Source: a virus
Direction: 5' to 3' (one strand)
Length of the DNA stretch: 64,000 bases
IMG/VR virus record: IMGVR_UViG_3300028563_000016
Location: 11,724-75,723 of that record
Under the pieces are notes generated by a model that saw only the letters and a program-made list of their open reading frames with translations, was not told where the DNA came from and did no database searches. This document shows positions 10,582 to 19,505 of the stretch, in pieces (positions within the stretch are counted from its first letter, which is position 1; each line of letters starts with the position of its first letter). A program made the translations under genes and the position numbers.

Positions 10582-10952
10582 TATCGCCTTTTCACAAATT
10601 TGATTATGTCATCAGCAAAGTCTGTTCCATTCAAAAGCATTGCCATGAGAGCGAGTTCTTTGGACGGAATGTTTTCCATCTTTGCTTTCTTTTCAAAAAT
10701 GTTTGGATCAAGTTCTTCCTTACCATTTATCTTCAAAGATCCGTAATAACATTGAGCGATATAATTTGCGCTTTCGTTGTCAAGCTTCACGTTAGATTGC
10801 TTCAATACGTCAGTCAAACAATTAAATATAACGGTGTAAATCTCAACACACGTTGCTTTGTTTAGGCTCCTACCATCCAAAAACATTGACAATCTTTCAC
10901 CTAACAACAAACTAAACACGTCGTTGAACGTCTTCTTTTCACTTTGTGTCAT
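10581..10952 (-). CDS. Hypothetical protein, paralog of 11499-11867
   Basis: Similar length and C-terminal GTxF...RR. Confidence 0.65.
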   Translation of the reverse strand: MTQSEKKTFNDVFSLLLGERLSMFLDGRSLNKATCVEIYTVIFNCLTDVLKQSNVKLDNESANYIAQCYYGSLKINGKEELDPNIFEKKAKMENIPSKELALMAMLLNGTDFADDIIKFVKRR

Positions 10953-11496
10953 TTTCCTGTTTCCTTTTTAACGTAAGCTTCGTTGCAGCGGTTTGAACTG
11001 CTTGTTTTTGACACTCATCAATCCATGAGTTACCCGAACTAATGCCTAATGCGGTCAGGCCCGTTCCAACGCCTGTCGTTATCAACGCGCCGATCATCAC
11101 GCCCTTATTGACTTCCTTTTCAGTGACAGCAAAGCCAGACAGACCAGTGCCAATGCCGGCAGCCGCGATTCCTGCCGAAGTGCCGAAAATGTGCAACGTG
11201 TCAAGCGTGTTACAATGTTCCTGTGAGACAGCGGCGGTTGCAGCTTGTGGGTTCGCAGTGGGTGACACGTCAAAGTGACTAACGCATCCCATCGCCAACA
11301 TCGTCGCCAGGAGAGAAATTTTCTTTGCAAGTGGTAGAGCCCATTCAGGTATTGTCATTTTATTTTTCTCACAAAGTTGTAATGCGAGTGCACGTGAGTG
11401 TTCTGCGTTCTGTGGGAGATCTATGTCACAAAAGTACGCGTAGTCTTTTTGCAGATTTTCAAGCTGATTTTCTATACCCGTAGTGTGAAGAGGCAT
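10939..11496 (-). CDS. Membrane protein with lipobox-like motif and two Gly-rich hydrophobic segments
   Basis: KKISLLATMLAMGC; GTSAGIAAAGIGTGLSG; GVMIGALITTGVGTGLTALG. Confidence 0.6.
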   Translation of the reverse strand: MPLHTTGIENQLENLQKDYAYFCDIDLPQNAEHSRALALQLCEKNKMTIPEWALPLAKKISLLATMLAMGCVSHFDVSPTANPQAATAAVSQEHCNTLDTLHIFGTSAGIAAAGIGTGLSGFAVTEKEVNKGVMIGALITTGVGTGLTALGISSGNSWIDECQKQAVQTAATKLTLKRKQENDTK

Positions 11497-11498
11497 TG

Positions 11499-11867
11499 TT
11501 AATTCTCCAACATTCTTCGTTGATGTTCAGCCAATAGCTTCTCACAAAACGGCGTTCCTTCAAACATTTCGGACAATGACACCACATCGCTGGCGCTAAT
11601 CTGATTTAGTTCAACATCGTTCGTCACTATTAAGTCAACGATCTTAGTGTCAGGTGTCAGTTGAACATTTTTGAATACCTCATTTACTACCCATTGTGCG
11701 CCTGCTACAGAAATTGACGTTGCATACACGCTGTCACGTAGGCACTCCATGAACACGTTTGCGATTAAGTCTCTAACTTCGTGCAGGTACTCAACGTCGA
11801 CTTCTTTGTTATAAAGCTCCGACAATTTCACCGAGAGAACGTTTTCAAATGTTTTTGCAAAAGTCAT
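11499..11867 (-). CDS. Hypothetical protein, paralog of 10581-10952
   Basis: ATGA overlap with upstream stop; ends EGTPFCEKLLAEHQRR. Confidence 0.65.
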   Translation of the reverse strand: MTFAKTFENVLSVKLSELYNKEVDVEYLHEVRDLIANVFMECLRDSVYATSISVAGAQWVVNEVFKNVQLTPDTKIVDLIVTNDVELNQISASDVVSLSEMFEGTPFCEKLLAEHQRRMLEN

Positions 11868-12775
11868 GATGTCAATATTTCCATATAAGATTGTATACAT
11901 TCGTCCCAATCTTGTATTCGATAATCGTTCTGCACGTACTTTTTTCTCAACAAAATCTTCTCAAGCTGCTTCACATTGTCGTACAAGTGTTTTTCGTCTC
12001 CTGCGAACTCGACTGCGCCACCACCATCTGACAACGCGTACGATGGTACCCCACAACTGATACTTTCTAAAAGCGTGTTAGGACCTGGGTCTCGACGACT
12101 CGCAAAAACATAGACATCGTGTTTTGATAATTCACGTCCAAGTGGCTCACCACACAAAGGTTCAACGTGAACGCTGTTCTTAAGCTGAGCTTTTGTCCTA
12201 CCGACGAACGTGAACTCAAAGTCGTCGTGCTTTCCGACAAACTCATCGAGCCACACAAACACGTCCTCGCCCTTCAATGGGTTATCAGACCACGAGTGTG
12301 CGACGACGTAAGTCTTGTCTGACACTCGAGACAATTTGTTGTTGTGATCCTTGAAAATCCCTTTGTCACACCCATTGATTATCACGTGTGTACTCGGGTG
12401 TCTCAGGTGAACAAACTTGTGGTTGGCAAAGTAGCTGCACATCCATTCAGAGACGTACACGACGTGCATGCTGTTCTGCACGACGAATGCTATCTCACCG
12501 TCAACGTTGTTCGTGTTCTTGCGAGCATCGCAATCGTTGACACGGGTGATTATCTTTAACTTCTTGAGACGACCATGAGGCGAGATTGCGTAGTTTATGA
12601 TTTGTGTTGCTGACGGCAAGCCACTGTCACTACCCATGCCTGCGATCAGTACGGTATCAGCGTCGTCAATGCGATCAACAATTTTGTCACCGAGACGTTC
12701 ATAAATGGCATTCACCCACCTGACGCCTCCACCCCATGGGCCATGATAGGGCCGACGATTTACGTATAACTTCAT
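11864..12775 (-). CDS. GT4-family glycosyltransferase
   Basis: GPWGGG, RVNDCDARK, WSDNPLKG, ASRRDPGPNTLLESISCG. Confidence 0.85.
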   Translation of the reverse strand: MKLYVNRRPYHGPWGGGVRWVNAIYERLGDKIVDRIDDADTVLIAGMGSDSGLPSATQIINYAISPHGRLKKLKIITRVNDCDARKNTNNVDGEIAFVVQNSMHVVYVSEWMCSYFANHKFVHLRHPSTHVIINGCDKGIFKDHNNKLSRVSDKTYVVAHSWSDNPLKGEDVFVWLDEFVGKHDDFEFTFVGRTKAQLKNSVHVEPLCGEPLGRELSKHDVYVFASRRDPGPNTLLESISCGVPSYALSDGGGAVEFAGDEKHLYDNVKQLEKILLRKKYVQNDYRIQDWDECIQSYMEILTS

Positions 12776-12793
12776 GACACTAATATAATACAC

Positions 12794-13741
12794 TCACGCG
12801 ACGAGTTTTTCTTTCACCCACTCAGGGCACCAACGAGAGTCCCAACTCACGGTGTTCAGCATATGTTCCCGAGGCACTTCTAACAAATCACGTTTGAACA
12901 ACGTCAGCGGCCTGTGGTTCCATAACGCCTTGTGCTCAACATTGATATAGTTCTTGTTTTCGTAGAAGCACCTGTTGACGTGGCGCTGCACTTGCGTGCC
13001 CTTGACGACGTTGTCTTGTTCACCAAGTCGAGCCACGTTGTACTCGGTGAAGTGACCGCAAAAGTTGGGTTGCGTGAACGACGACGCGTGCATGACGACC
13101 TTGGGATCATTCTTCGACAGGAGCTCCTGAACGAACTGCACGGGCTTTCGCATGTGCTCCATGACTTCGCTAATGAAGTACACGTCAGCGGGAGGAATTT
13201 CGTCGCGGGAGCACACCTCAATGTCTTCACCCTCAAAAAAGCGAGACGCAAGCTTTGTCTGTAAGGTGGCGGACGCACAGTTCTGATAGACTACCTTTGC
13301 CTTCAGCCCGAGCTTCTTGAACAAGTGAGCGATGTGCAAAGTCGACAGGCCGATGCCCGCACCGAAGTCGACGACTGTCTCGACGTCGTTGAACACGTTA
13401 TTAGACAGCTTTTGCGCAGTCTCGAACAGGCTCTCGAAGCGTTGCACGTACGCTCGAGACCAATAGATATAAGTGTTGAAGCAACCGAGCGTGAAAAGAG
13501 GATCAGAATACAACTCTGCTTCTGCTTTTTCGTCCTTTGACGATGAATTCCAACGTTCAAGCAGAAAGTTTCCACACTTCCAATCGTTCGTTATTTTGCT
13601 CCCGTCGAACGACGTCCACTCGTAGACCCATGACAGTGGCCTCTCTAAGATTTCTGCAAATACGGGAGCGTATTCAAGAAATATTTCAGTGCTGTTGTGC
13701 TTGTCAGATAAGTTCATATCAATAGATAAATCTATCGGCAC
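12794..13741 (-). CDS. Class I SAM-dependent methyltransferase
   Basis: VVDFGAGIG motif I; SEVMEH. Confidence 0.8.
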   Translation of the reverse strand: MPIDLSIDMNLSDKHNSTEIFLEYAPVFAEILERPLSWVYEWTSFDGSKITNDWKCGNFLLERWNSSSKDEKAEAELYSDPLFTLGCFNTYIYWSRAYVQRFESLFETAQKLSNNVFNDVETVVDFGAGIGLSTLHIAHLFKKLGLKAKVVYQNCASATLQTKLASRFFEGEDIEVCSRDEIPPADVYFISEVMEHMRKPVQFVQELLSKNDPKVVMHASSFTQPNFCGHFTEYNVARLGEQDNVVKGTQVQRHVNRCFYENKNYINVEHKALWNHRPLTLFKRDLLEVPREHMLNTVSWDSRWCPEWVKEKLVA

Positions 13742-13766
13742 AAAGCGTTACATTCTGTGCTGTGAA

Positions 13767-13850
13767 TTATTCACGTTCTTCGACAGGATGTTCGTACTTT
13801 GCGTCAAAGAACATGTCATCGAGCCAGCTCGGAATTTCTTCACTTTCCAT
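13767..13850 (-). CDS. 27-aa acidic peptide MESEEIPSWLDDMFFDAKYEHPVEERE
   Basis: Own translation; preceded by GTGTAA-N17-TAAACT-6nt-ATG. Confidence 0.45.
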   Translation of the reverse strand: MESEEIPSWLDDMFFDAKYEHPVEERE

Positions 13851-13856
13851 AGTTCA

Positions 13857-13936
13857 AGTTTACCACAAATTGTGAAAATTTACACATTTAATAAATTTTT
13901 TGAGAAAGTGTATAAATAACGAAATTGTGTTATACT
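13857..13936. promoter_or_regulatory. Back-to-back divergent promoters (GTGTAW-N17-TAWACT), each 6 nt from an ATG
   Basis: Minus: -35 at 13880-13885, -10 at 13857-13862. Plus: GTGTAT 13908-13913, TATACT 13931-13936, ATG 13943. Confidence 0.65.
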
Positions 13937-13942
13937 CTATTC

Positions 13943-14632
13943 ATGGCAATGATCAAAAATGCAAAGTCTCTCGAAGAAAAACCCTCAAAGAAAGCTTCTA
14001 AGAAAGAAGAAGTTGAGATTGCGCAGCTAAGCGAGCTCGCAAAGCTCGACGCGCTCATCAAGACTTTGTCTACAATGAAAGCAAATGTCGAGCAAAGCGT
14101 CAAAGAAACAGCTTTCAAAAAGTTCATTGAAGACGCAAAGATTTCTCACAAGAAGGTAGACAGCTTTCGCGGCGTTGACGGTGACACGAGCGCTTCAGTT
14201 GAAATTCGAAAGCGCACGTCAGCTGCAAAGTTGAGCAAAGACGAAATAACATACCTGACTTCAAAAAACATTCCCGTTGAAACAGTCATTGAAGTACAGA
14301 AATTGTATTCTATCAATCCAAAATATGCAAGCGATGACGTGCTCATGGAAAAAATAGAAATTGCATTGGAAACAGCACTTGAAGGAATAGTCGACACGTC
14401 AGATTTTTTTGTAGTTCAAGAAGAACGCAGCAAGGTTGTTGTCGGTGACGAGACGATCACAAAAGCATTCGCTGGAGAAATTGATGAACAAGTAATTCGC
14501 ATGACGACATGTCTTGCAATCAAACCAAAGTGTGACAACTTTGACCTTGTTGTCGCATTGAATTCAGTTTTGGAATCTTGTGAGAGCGTCGAAGAAAAAG
14601 TTGAAACTGAAGAGACTGCGAAGGTTGCGTAA
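13943..14632 (+). CDS. Hypothetical protein (Lys/Glu-rich)
   Basis: Long ORF coupled to next gene by TAATG. Confidence 0.7.
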   Translation: MAMIKNAKSLEEKPSKKASKKEEVEIAQLSELAKLDALIKTLSTMKANVEQSVKETAFKKFIEDAKISHKKVDSFRGVDGDTSASVEIRKRTSAAKLSKDEITYLTSKNIPVETVIEVQKLYSINPKYASDDVLMEKIEIALETALEGIVDTSDFFVVQEERSKVVVGDETITKAFAGEIDEQVIRMTTCLAIKPKCDNFDLVVALNSVLESCESVEEKVETEETAKVA

Positions 14633-15240
14633 TGGAATACGATAAATTCACATATCTCTTTCCACCGAGACCAACCGCACAAATACCCAAAAATCTGTTG
14701 GGCTTTTACGAAAAACAAGGTTATCTTGCACAGGTGAAGAAGAATGGCACTTGCACAGTGATATTCGCTCGAGGACTTGATATTACTTTCATGACGCGAC
14801 ACAACGACTATCACAAGCAGTGGAGCGCACAGGACTTGCACAAACGACCGTTTCAGTCTTCAAGTTTGAAGTACAATGTCTTTTGTGGTGAATTGATACA
14901 CAACAAGACAAAGAACACAAAGAATCAATTATACATTTTTGACATCATTGTCAGAGATGGCACACAACTCGCTGGAACTACGTTCGCAGAGCGGCAGGTG
15001 ATGTTACACTCGATGTTTGGTGGAAAAGACGAGGGTGATCAGACGCGGGTGAACGAATTTGTGACAGTCGCAAACAGTTTCAACAAAAGGTTTGCTGACG
15101 TGTGGAATTCGTTGAGCGATGAAGACGAGGGAATTGTATTGAAGAAGTCAACGGGTAAACTTGAACCTTGCTTCAACCAAAGCACAAATTGTGGATGGCA
15201 ATGCAAGACGCGCAAAAGCACTAAGAACTATTCATTTTGA
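14632..15240 (+). CDS. ATP-dependent ligase/capping-enzyme-type nucleotidyltransferase domain (no OB fold)
   Basis: Motif I QVKKNG, III CGEL, IIIa IFDI, IV DEGIVLK, V WQCK. Confidence 0.75.
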   Translation: MEYDKFTYLFPPRPTAQIPKNLLGFYEKQGYLAQVKKNGTCTVIFARGLDITFMTRHNDYHKQWSAQDLHKRPFQSSSLKYNVFCGELIHNKTKNTKNQLYIFDIIVRDGTQLAGTTFAERQVMLHSMFGGKDEGDQTRVNEFVTVANSFNKRFADVWNSLSDEDEGIVLKKSTGKLEPCFNQSTNCGWQCKTRKSTKNYSF

Positions 15241-15258
15241 TCACAAGATAACACGTTG

Positions 15259-15283
15259 TTGACACGTGAAACACGTGTGTCAA
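15259..15283. terminator. Hairpin between convergent genes
   Basis: TTGAC-ACGTG-AAA-CACGT-(GT)-GTCAA inverted repeat. Confidence 0.55.
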
Positions 15284-15290
15284 TAATGAT

Positions 15291-16076
15291 TCATTTTATC
15301 ACGTCTTCCCAGCGCGCACCCTCACTCACGAAGCCACGTTTTGCGAGGAAATTGGCTTCTTCTTTCTGAAAACGTGCGTCTTCAGTGTGATAGACTTCGC
15401 CACCCTGTTCGTCTATCGTGTACGAGTATGTAACCATCGGCAAGTACCCTGAACATTTTGCTTTGTGTAGAACAGGTAAGTAAAGCGCTCTGTCTCCAGC
15501 GCGTCTGACAAGTTCACCGTTCATGTTCGTGAAGTTTTCGTATGGCACGTCGTTGATGAGCTTTTTGCGAAACGTTTTGAGGTGCGATGAGCGCCATTCA
15601 GATTTATAAGGATTTTTGTCAGTTAGCGAACCACTAATATTTCTACATGATCCCGTCCAACGATGAGCTGTCCAAACACAATCATAGCCACGTTGATACG
15701 ATATGTCTAAAGCGAGCAGCGCGTCACTGTCACAAAGTGCATCGTCACCATCAATTCTACACACGATGTCTTCGTCGGAGCAAAAATTCTTTATCCCGTA
15801 GAGCACGTTCGAAGTCTCGTAACACTTGCCACGATCAATGTCTTCGTTCCAAACGGTGATAATCTTAATTTCTTCTTCTGGTAAAGTTAGAAGTCTGTGA
15901 AATCCTGCAATGATGTCGTCTTCTTTGTCTGCCTCTTCTTTACTCGAACAGTCATCAATTAATATGATTTTCCAATTCGTGTACGACTGACACGCTATTG
16001 AGTGAAGACAACGAGCGAGCGTTTTTGATGCATTGAAGATTGGACAAACGAAAATAAACTTTTCACGTTTCATCAT
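15291..16076 (-). CDS. GT2-family glycosyltransferase
   Basis: CPIFNA, SIACQSYTNW, LIDDCS, RIDGDDAL, SHLKTFR. Confidence 0.9.
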   Translation of the reverse strand: MMKREKFIFVCPIFNASKTLARCLHSIACQSYTNWKIILIDDCSSKEEADKEDDIIAGFHRLLTLPEEEIKIITVWNEDIDRGKCYETSNVLYGIKNFCSDEDIVCRIDGDDALCDSDALLALDISYQRGYDCVWTAHRWTGSCRNISGSLTDKNPYKSEWRSSHLKTFRKKLINDVPYENFTNMNGELVRRAGDRALYLPVLHKAKCSGYLPMVTYSYTIDEQGGEVYHTEDARFQKEEANFLAKRGFVSEGARWEDVIK

Positions 16077-16234
16077 TTTTCCTTAATCACAACAATTTTT
16101 GAAGGCACGATCTTCGGTAATTGTTTCCAATCAATCATCCAAAACGGCCACCTTGCGACTAACTTCGCGCTTTCATCAACACCTTCCCAAAACTTACGAT
16201 GTTCTTCTGTCGATGTATTTCTATAAATTGTCAC
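16073..16234 (-). CDS. Small hypothetical protein (53 aa)
   Basis: Own translation from GTG (GTGA overlap): MTIYRNTSTEEHRKFWEGVDESAKLVARWPFW...; fills operon gap. Confidence 0.5.
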   Translation of the reverse strand: MTIYRNTSTEEHRKFWEGVDESAKLVARWPFWMIDWKQLPKIVPSKIVVIKEK

Positions 16235-16533
16235 GTTAACATCTCCTGCCCACGCATGTACTCTTCACACACGTCAACGATCTTTGCTTGTGGCAATTCT
16301 TCAAGCATGTCACCAATGCCAATTTCTTCCATGCGTCGTTGCATGGCACAATCTTTGCACAAGTATTCGTTTGGACATTGGTGATTGTGAGCACGCAAGA
16401 CGTACATCGCATGTGCTTGGCGAAGCATGTTACTTGATGGACACTTTTCGCTCGTACACTTCAACGTGAAGACTTGTAACAAATCGCGCACCAGAGACAC
16501 GGGATACTGTTTATACCGTTTGATGTCAAGCAT
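16231..16533 (-). CDS. Hypothetical Cys-rich protein
   Basis: CTSEKC, CKDC; operon context. Confidence 0.5.
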   Translation of the reverse strand: MLDIKRYKQYPVSLVRDLLQVFTLKCTSEKCPSSNMLRQAHAMYVLRAHNHQCPNEYLCKDCAMQRRMEEIGIGDMLEELPQAKIVDVCEEYMRGQEMLT

Positions 16534-16789
16534 GTGACAGTCTTTCTTTGACGGTTTCAAGCCAATCACACAAAATTTGTTTATCAATTTCAGAAGTAGT
16601 TTCTGACGTCATTATGACTGAATTCAAAACGTCAATATTGTTTGCAAGCGGTTGACGTTGCTTTACATATTTCTTTTTGCTCCCGTGAGCACGTCTGTAC
16701 TTGCGATTTTCGTGAAAAGGACCACAAACGAATTCATTAAAGTCGTTGTCACAAATTTCTGACGCAGGGAGAATTTCAGGAGGATGCAT
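16526..16789 (-). CDS. Hypothetical protein
   Basis: ORF overlapping neighbours in operon. Confidence 0.45.
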   Translation of the reverse strand: MHPPEILPASEICDNDFNEFVCGPFHENRKYRRAHGSKKKYVKQRQPLANNIDVLNSVIMTSETTSEIDKQILCDWLETVKERLSHA

Positions 16790-16940
16790 TTATAATCCTG
16801 TTCCAACGTAAAATTTCATTTAATTCTTTTTCAGTTATTTCAAGTTCAAGTCGTCGCATTAATTCTTTTCCAACATCAGAACGCAAATAATCAATTTCTT
16901 GAAGAAGTTCATCATTTGTTAATTTTGTGAGATCGTTCAT
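16776..16940 (-). CDS. Small hypothetical protein
   Basis: MNDLTKLTNDELLQEI; operon context. Confidence 0.5.
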   Translation of the reverse strand: MNDLTKLTNDELLQEIDYLRSDVGKELMRRLELEITEKELNEILRWNRIINASS

Positions 16941-16944
16941 ATGT

Positions 16945-17700
16945 TTACCAATCACACGCATCTCTAACAAGATCTTTTTTGATAGCTAAAACTTGACCAT
17001 AATTTATATCTTCATCTGCTAACTGTCTCTCGTCTACAAAAATTCTCCTGTCAAGTCTGATAATTTCAGCTTCTTTATATCCTTCTTTATCCCAATCAAT
17101 CGTGTTGATAAAATCTGCGCATTTAATTCCTGGATCGTCTTTCGACGGGAGATGATAATCATCCATCAACACTGCGCTATTCACAAGCACCTTCGTTCCC
17201 TCCCAATCTGCCTTCGTGCCCTCGAACGAGTGATCAGCATCGATGTACGCAAAGTCGAACTTCTCACCCTTCTCAATGAGCTGTGCCAAGACTGCTTGCG
17301 ACGGGCCCTTGACAAAGGTGATGTTCTCAAACCACTCTTTCGGAAACACGTTCTGAAGCTGTTCAAAGAAGTTCTTGTCAGTTGCGATGTCCATCGTCAA
17401 GATTTTTCCCTTGACGCCCATGTCGTAGAACGCCTTTGCGACACAGAACGTAACGTAGCCGCGGCCCGTGCCGACCTCGAGGAACGACTTGAAACCATAC
17501 TGCTTCACGAGGTAGTAAACGAGAATTCCTCGTTCATAATTGCTTCGATAATAACACCCAACAGATTTATAAAGAGGATCACCGGGTGAACGAGTTCTCT
17601 TGGCTGTAAACTCCGCAATTTGATCGAAGTCGCCAAGACAAATGTCTTCAACATTAACGCAAAGTTCAGCGAGTTTATCTTTAATGTGTACTATTTTCAT
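16945..17700 (-). CDS. Class I SAM-dependent methyltransferase (Methyltransf_24-like)
   Basis: LEVGTGRG, FDFAYIDADHS, LMDDY. Confidence 0.85.
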   Translation of the reverse strand: MKIVHIKDKLAELCVNVEDICLGDFDQIAEFTAKRTRSPGDPLYKSVGCYYRSNYERGILVYYLVKQYGFKSFLEVGTGRGYVTFCVAKAFYDMGVKGKILTMDIATDKNFFEQLQNVFPKEWFENITFVKGPSQAVLAQLIEKGEKFDFAYIDADHSFEGTKADWEGTKVLVNSAVLMDDYHLPSKDDPGIKCADFINTIDWDKEGYKEAEIIRLDRRIFVDERQLADEDINYGQVLAIKKDLVRDACDW

Positions 17701-18212
17701 GTTTGCTCCAACAATTTCAAAATTTCATTGTCACACTCTTCAGAAATTTCATCCCATAGTGACTTATATTTTACGTTGTCCAACGTACGTACAGAACCAT
17801 TTTTGTTCCAAGGTTTGTCAAGCAACACAATTTCAGCGAACGGCACAAATTCATTGTTTTCAATGTATCCGACGACAGCATCTTCGTTCGTTTCATTCTT
17901 ATAAAATGACAAAATGCCAACGTATGTACCAATTTTTGGCCTCTCACTATCAAAATTTGGTCGATACAAACATGAACACTCAACTAACATCAACGTGTTG
18001 TCTGACACTTTTACAACAAAATCGGCGGGAGATTTTTTAGTTTCCCGACAGTACTCATTACATGCGTCTATTAGAACCTCTGACAAGCACTCATACCACT
18101 CACGAATTGAACCACGAAACACGTATCCCGACGATATGATCGTTTCATTTGGTTCTCCCGTGTGTTTATCAACAAAATTACCAGGCTGACACGAAAAATA
18201 CATTTTCTTCAT
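17697..18212 (-). CDS. Stand-alone fragment resembling the central part of a T4-gp23-like major capsid protein
   Basis: YFSCQPGNFVDKHTG...FRGSIREWYECLSEVLIDACNE...ADFVV...VECSCLYRP...VGILS...VVGY recalls, from memory, the gp23-family segment '(R)E(W)Y..L...I...AN.I.R.T.RG.ANFIV....A..L'. Confidence 0.55.
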   Translation of the reverse strand: MKKMYFSCQPGNFVDKHTGEPNETIISSGYVFRGSIREWYECLSEVLIDACNEYCRETKKSPADFVVKVSDNTLMLVECSCLYRPNFDSERPKIGTYVGILSFYKNETNEDAVVGYIENNEFVPFAEIVLLDKPWNKNGSVRTLDNVKYKSLWDEISEECDNEILKLLEQT

Positions 18213-18361
18213 GTACAAAATACTAATCTGTCGATGACAACGGGTACAAAATACGCATCAAAACGCCACTGTATACATGATAAATCCCATTGCACACCAA
18301 ATGCACACAAGAACTATCGCACCAATCAAAAATTGTTTATCGTCTTTTTTCGACAGGAACA

Positions 18362-18667
18362 TTAAATTAGCTCCTCCCTGCACTTCTTACAATTGTCGTT
18401 CGACCACAAGAAGTGTATCCACCCCAACGAAAACGTGCAGTGACAACCATCATAATACAGGTGATAAGAACCCCAATGAAAATATTTCGTGATGCTGATC
18501 AAATAGTTCACTGAGTGATTATCATGCCATTTATTGCCATGCTTTGACTTATGCTGGTGAATGAAACCCGCATAAAATTTCCCGATTTGAAACGTCCACC
18601 TGAACGCTAACGGGTAATATTCACCTATGCGAGTTTCAGGGACTTCTTTAGATTTCCAGAATATCAT
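18362..18667 (-). CDS. Hypothetical protein (His/Trp-rich)
   Basis: ORF with ATGA coupling. Confidence 0.55.
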   Translation of the reverse strand: MIFWKSKEVPETRIGEYYPLAFRWTFQIGKFYAGFIHQHKSKHGNKWHDNHSVNYLISITKYFHWGSYHLYYDGCHCTFSLGWIHFLWSNDNCKKCREELI

Positions 18668-19125
18668 TCTTCCTCGTAGTTGTCAATAGTTTCTTGCACA
18701 AGTTTCCAAAATTCAAGCGTGTCATCGTCATCAAGAGGAATTAGTCTCTTATTTCCGATTCGTTTCGAGTAATAATTTATGATGCGTGTAGTCGCATTCC
18801 GACGTCTGCCATCATCTATTTTTGACATCTTTACTTGAACTTTTTTGAAAGCCTTTTCTTTGTTGAACGATCCTTTGACTTCGTGAAAGTATGCTCTCGC
18901 GAAACTATCAAGAAGTCTGGACACTTCGTTGAACAGCCAATGATCGTAGTCTTGTTGCACACAAAGCGAATTTTTACGTGCCAATCGTGCTTTGTAGAAT
19001 TCTCGTATTGCTCCAGTGAGGTATTCCAATAAATTATCAGTCCACACTTCTTGCGTGTGCGCTTTTTCCATGAGAAGCATTTTCTTAATGGCTTCTCGCA
19101 ACAGCGTCTCTTCATATTTTGTCAT
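18664..19125 (-). CDS. Hypothetical protein
   Basis: Start fixed by GTGTAA-N17-TATAAT-6nt-ATG; N-terminal LLREAIKKMLLME. Confidence 0.65.
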   Translation of the reverse strand: MTKYEETLLREAIKKMLLMEKAHTQEVWTDNLLEYLTGAIREFYKARLARKNSLCVQQDYDHWLFNEVSRLLDSFARAYFHEVKGSFNKEKAFKKVQVKMSKIDDGRRRNATTRIINYYSKRIGNKRLIPLDDDDTLEFWKLVQETIDNYEEE

Positions 19126-19280
19126 GTGAACATTATAAACTAATCGCGACAAAATTACACGTCATTGTATTGCGTGTAGAAGAAAGCCGAGCAAGAAACC
19201 AAACACGCTTCCCACGAGCACTCCCACTACGGGCCACCTGCGAAATATATCTGACAACGACGGTGTTTCAAATGAAAAAC

Positions 19281-19505
19281 TCATGACATTTCGACTTTCT
19301 CATCATTGATGGTGATTGTTTTAAAAAATCGAAAGTCATTGGCATCATACATTGGCGGTGAAATCTCTATAACGTATTGTTTATTGGGAACGCGTTTTAG
19401 TTCAGGCGTAGATGCATCTTGCGCTTCTGATAGGCTACCAACACGAGGTTCTACGTTTGAAAGAATAGAACCCAATACGTTTAATTGTTCATATGTTAAT
19501 TTCAT
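19281..19505 (-). CDS. Hypothetical protein
   Basis: ATGA coupling to upstream gene. Confidence 0.5.
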   Translation of the reverse strand: MKLTYEQLNVLGSILSNVEPRVGSLSEAQDASTPELKRVPNKQYVIEISPPMYDANDFRFFKTITINDEKVEMS

